Positions 61,211-64,000 of a stretch of 64,000 nt of DNA are shown piece by piece. Source of the stretch: Azolla caroliniana (Eukaryota; Plantae; Polypodiophyta); assembly GCA_043228905.1 (NCBI GenBank), contig JBHGNT010000021.1:5146001-5210000 (forward strand), given 5' to 3'. Each line of letters begins with the position of its first letter. Positions within the stretch are counted from its first letter, which is position 1. Both the position numbers and the translations under genes were made by a program. Under the pieces are notes generated by a model. It did not search any database. It was not told the origin of the DNA and worked only from the letters and a program-made list of their open reading frames with translations.

Positions 61211-62376
61211 TCAGTGCTCCACTTCTTGCTCACCCCTACATCACGCTTTCGAAAAGGCGGTCGTAAAGGGGAGGAACACGAGGTCGACTCGCGTTGGCAC
61301 CATCGACACTTGCAACACCTCGTCTTGTGGAAGGGTTACCCCATGTATGATGCCACATGGGAACCATCAAAAAATTTACCCCATGTCTAATGCCACATGG
61401 GAAACCATGATTTTCATCTCCGATATCCCCACAAATGATTTGAGAAGGCGGCATAAGAGGGAGGATAATGTCAAGATTCGAACTCTTGACAAGACCACAT
61501 TATAATCAAGTGTTGCGTGTTTACCAACATATCTCCCATATAATCATATGTAATTTTTCCTTGTACTTTTTAGCTAGCATCATGTGCATAATTGCTCCCT
61601 TGTATTATTTACACTTGGCACATGCATGAGTACCTACTACCGACATGCTTTATTGTATCACATGCGTGCAACAGGTATGCATGCCACTTAGTATAAATAG
61701 TTGAGTTCACCTTGAAGGAATTCAAGGTGAACAACACCAGTCATGGATATATCATTCTAGTATTCTCGTATCGCCCATCTTTTCTCCTTAATCTTCATCT
61801 CTATCTTTATGCTCTTGTTTCATTCCATCATCACTCCGTCGTAGCCTCATCATCCGTGCTCTGTCTTAGTCCACACTTGGTGTGTCCGTGACAAAAGCGG
61901 CACGAGGCAGAACCGGACCTGGACGACCTGGATGGCGACAAGGACCGGCTCGGAACGGATGACGATCCGGAGGATGAAGGATAAGCATGGGCTGGTCTTC
62001 TCTGGCAAGAGTCTAATTTTGGCGCATACCAATGGATGCGCGGTTAGGTGGGGGCGGATGTCGTGGAGAAAACCGTCCCTAGGTAGAAACCGGGTATAAC
62101 GTGCGTAAACCAGCCTTTACACGTGGGCACAAGTTTTGTTGTATAGTACGTAGATAGGTACAAGTCGGCTGAGGTGAAATCCTAGGTAGCACGCATTCAT
62201 TAGGGAATAAACATGATGTAACGGGTGATAACGGCCTCCCTCCTTGGGCTATAAAAGAGAGGGAGAGGTATTGTAAAAGGTATCGCGTTTTGTGGAGGAT
62301 GAAGTGTTGCCGGACTGGAACCGAGCTCTTCTCCTCTATCTTCTCCATAGTCGTTTTGTGCAGGTTTTCGGGACGT

Positions 62377-63647
62377 TGTCACGTTGTTACGCGCGTGCAT
62401 GTAGAAGGGGCGGGACCACGGGGGTCTTGGGCTAGGGAGTAGAGGAGAAAGAATAAGATATGAGAAATGGAAGCTTAACACCGGATGAGGAGATGAAGAG
62501 TAGCACATAAGCATAGACCAAAATAGATGGACACAAGATCCACAACAAGATATATTAAAACGAACTGTCGATTACAACGATGGTGGCCGCATGGACCGCA
62601 CCAAAACTATGGGAAAACCCTAACCGGGGATGAACAAGGAGACCCTACACGAAACCCTAACCCTAAAACGGTAAGAATTCTACACACTGTGGTATACCTT
62701 TCATACACAAAATAGGCAACTCCTTCATAAGTGACCCCTCCCTTCCTTTTATAGCCCAAGGAGGGAGGGACTTTACAATGTGGGATAAAATTTCCCCTCT
62801 TATTTCTATACACCATTTCCTAGTATACATGTGCACATGGTGCACACCACCGATTTGCCTATTCCACCCCGATTTCTGCCTATGGACGAAAATCTTCACG
62901 ACAACGCAGCCAACAAACCGCACATCCACCGGTATATGCCAAGAAAGGAGAAGAGGTGCGATTTTTCGGCCATGGTGATAAAACCGAGGTCCACCGTGTC
63001 CTCGTTGGCCTTGCTCGGCTTCGTTTTCCATTTCGAGCACGCCCGTCCCTTCCACACGAACCGTCGTAGCATCCCGTTCCACCGTATCCGTCGCACGTCC
63101 TCAAGCCGACGGCTCCAACCGATCCACCACATCCACCATGCGTCCCCAAAACATCGACTCCATCCAAACCGCCATATCCACCGCATGCACCTTCGTCCCC
63201 GGTCGGTCCTCCCGAACGCCATTGCCGATCCGGTCACTCTTTCTTTGTCCGCCACGTAGGTCCTCTGATTAGGCCCTCGATCATCCCGTTTGCTCACCGG
63301 ATTCCGCCCCTCGCGTACCACTTGTGTTCTATCTCCGGCTCGATCCTCTCTTCGTTTCGAACACCTCGTGCCGATTCCCTCCGTTCCGCGCTCACCTTCC
63401 GTAGGCTCTTTCCGTGTGCCCTTGTTGTCTCCCGAACATGCGCTCGTTCTTCAGTCCCTCGGCGACCTCATTACGTGCTCCTCGCTTCTCCTTTGCTCGC
63501 CATGCTCTCTCATCGTAGAGCGTACCGTCATCCCGACCACCATGTCAGTGTCCTTCGCGACTCCCGTTACCACTTCATCCCGACTCTCGTCCTCTTGGCC
63601 CGCTTGGCCTCGCATGCCTTCCGAGATGCCGCGCTTCCTCTTCCCGG
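62377..63647 (-). mobile_element. 3' end of another element related to the Gag-only element
   Basis: LTR 62377-62903 (TG..CA) shares U5 motif GCGGGACCAC(C/G)GGGGTCTTGG with the 49659 LTR; flanking internal AAACCGCACATCC(A/T)CCGGTAT(A/G)TGCCAAGAA matches 50335-50365. Confidence 0.75.
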
Positions 63648-64000
63648 TGTCGCGATGTTACGCGCGTGCGTGTAGAAGGGCGGGACCACGGGGGTCTTGG
63701 ACCGAGGAATAGCTGAGGAGGAGAACGGAAAGGCAGCGAACGCTCTTGCACACACACACACACACAGGAGCACACGGGAATCACAGTCCGACAACACAGG
63801 GAACGAGACGACTAGAAGTCCGTGTATATGAATGTGTATGTATATAAATAAACAAAGATATATTGAGACGGTTACAACTACAGGCCGGCAAGGCGAACAC
63901 CGACGCCTGTTTACTCACATACAGAAGAGCGAGATGGAGACCTGCCGGACGCACACAGGCGTTCCACGGAGCAGTGTCAGCCTCCCGAAAACCTGCGCAA
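63648..64000 (-). mobile_element. Related LTR inserted into the previous element, running off the window
   Basis: TGTCGCGATGTTACGCGCGTGC...GCGGGACCACGGGGGTCTTGG start, then diverges from the 62377 LTR. Confidence 0.7.

Larger units (their letters stand above)
55643..61893 (+). mobile_element. Non-autonomous chromovirus-derived LTR element with three LTR copies, an internal 54-bp array and a chromodomain relic
   Basis: TSD AAAGT/AAAGC; LTRs 55643-59972 (split by Copia-3), 59976-60332 (partial) and 61469-61893; PPT 61455-61468; chromodomain-like LVLWKGYPMYDATWEP at ~61310-61385. Confidence 0.85.
47863..62376 (+). mobile_element. Chimeric tRNA-Trp-primed Gypsy 'Gypsy-2' hosting several nested insertions
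   Basis: 5' LTR 47863-48611; PBS 48617-48634; gag 48658-49658 and 53329-53380; integrase 54572-55642 and 61894-61983; PPT 62046-62058; 3' LTR from 62059, interrupted at 62377. Confidence 0.85.

Overview
Eukaryotic land-plant genomic DNA; a fern or other seed-free plant is suggested by the Arg-type DFR-like proteins and the TE lineages, but that is inference. There are only two host genes, both on the minus strand and tandem paralogs of a dihydroflavonol-4-reductase (DFR)-like extended SDR: a partial copy at the left edge (exons 1-2, 233-726) and a complete 6-exon copy (36376-39139, 326 aa). Nearly everything else is deeply nested retrotransposons. A full-length L1 LINE with a 17-bp TSD has been inflated to about 24 kb by a Copia, a Gypsy, a Copia inside that Gypsy's LTR and a solo LTR inside that Copia. 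There are also RTE/RTEX-like LINE pieces, several solo LTRs, MITEs, and a second nest at 47.5-64 kb built on a chimeric Gypsy. Most interesting signals: (1) a tRNA-Trp-primed Gypsy lineage with a candidate -1 ribosomal frameshift cassette (G_GAU_UUU plus hairpin/pseudoknot) between protease and RT; (2) antisense tRNA-like Pol III (A-box/B-box) modules in the U3 of two different LTR families of that lineage; (3) a non-autonomous chromovirus with a Tf1-like self-priming site; (4) a young Gag-only element with a long charged C-terminal extension; (5) DFR-like paralogs that lack the NADPH 2'-phosphate-binding residues and diverge sharply in one substrate loop. Coordinates were read by hand.
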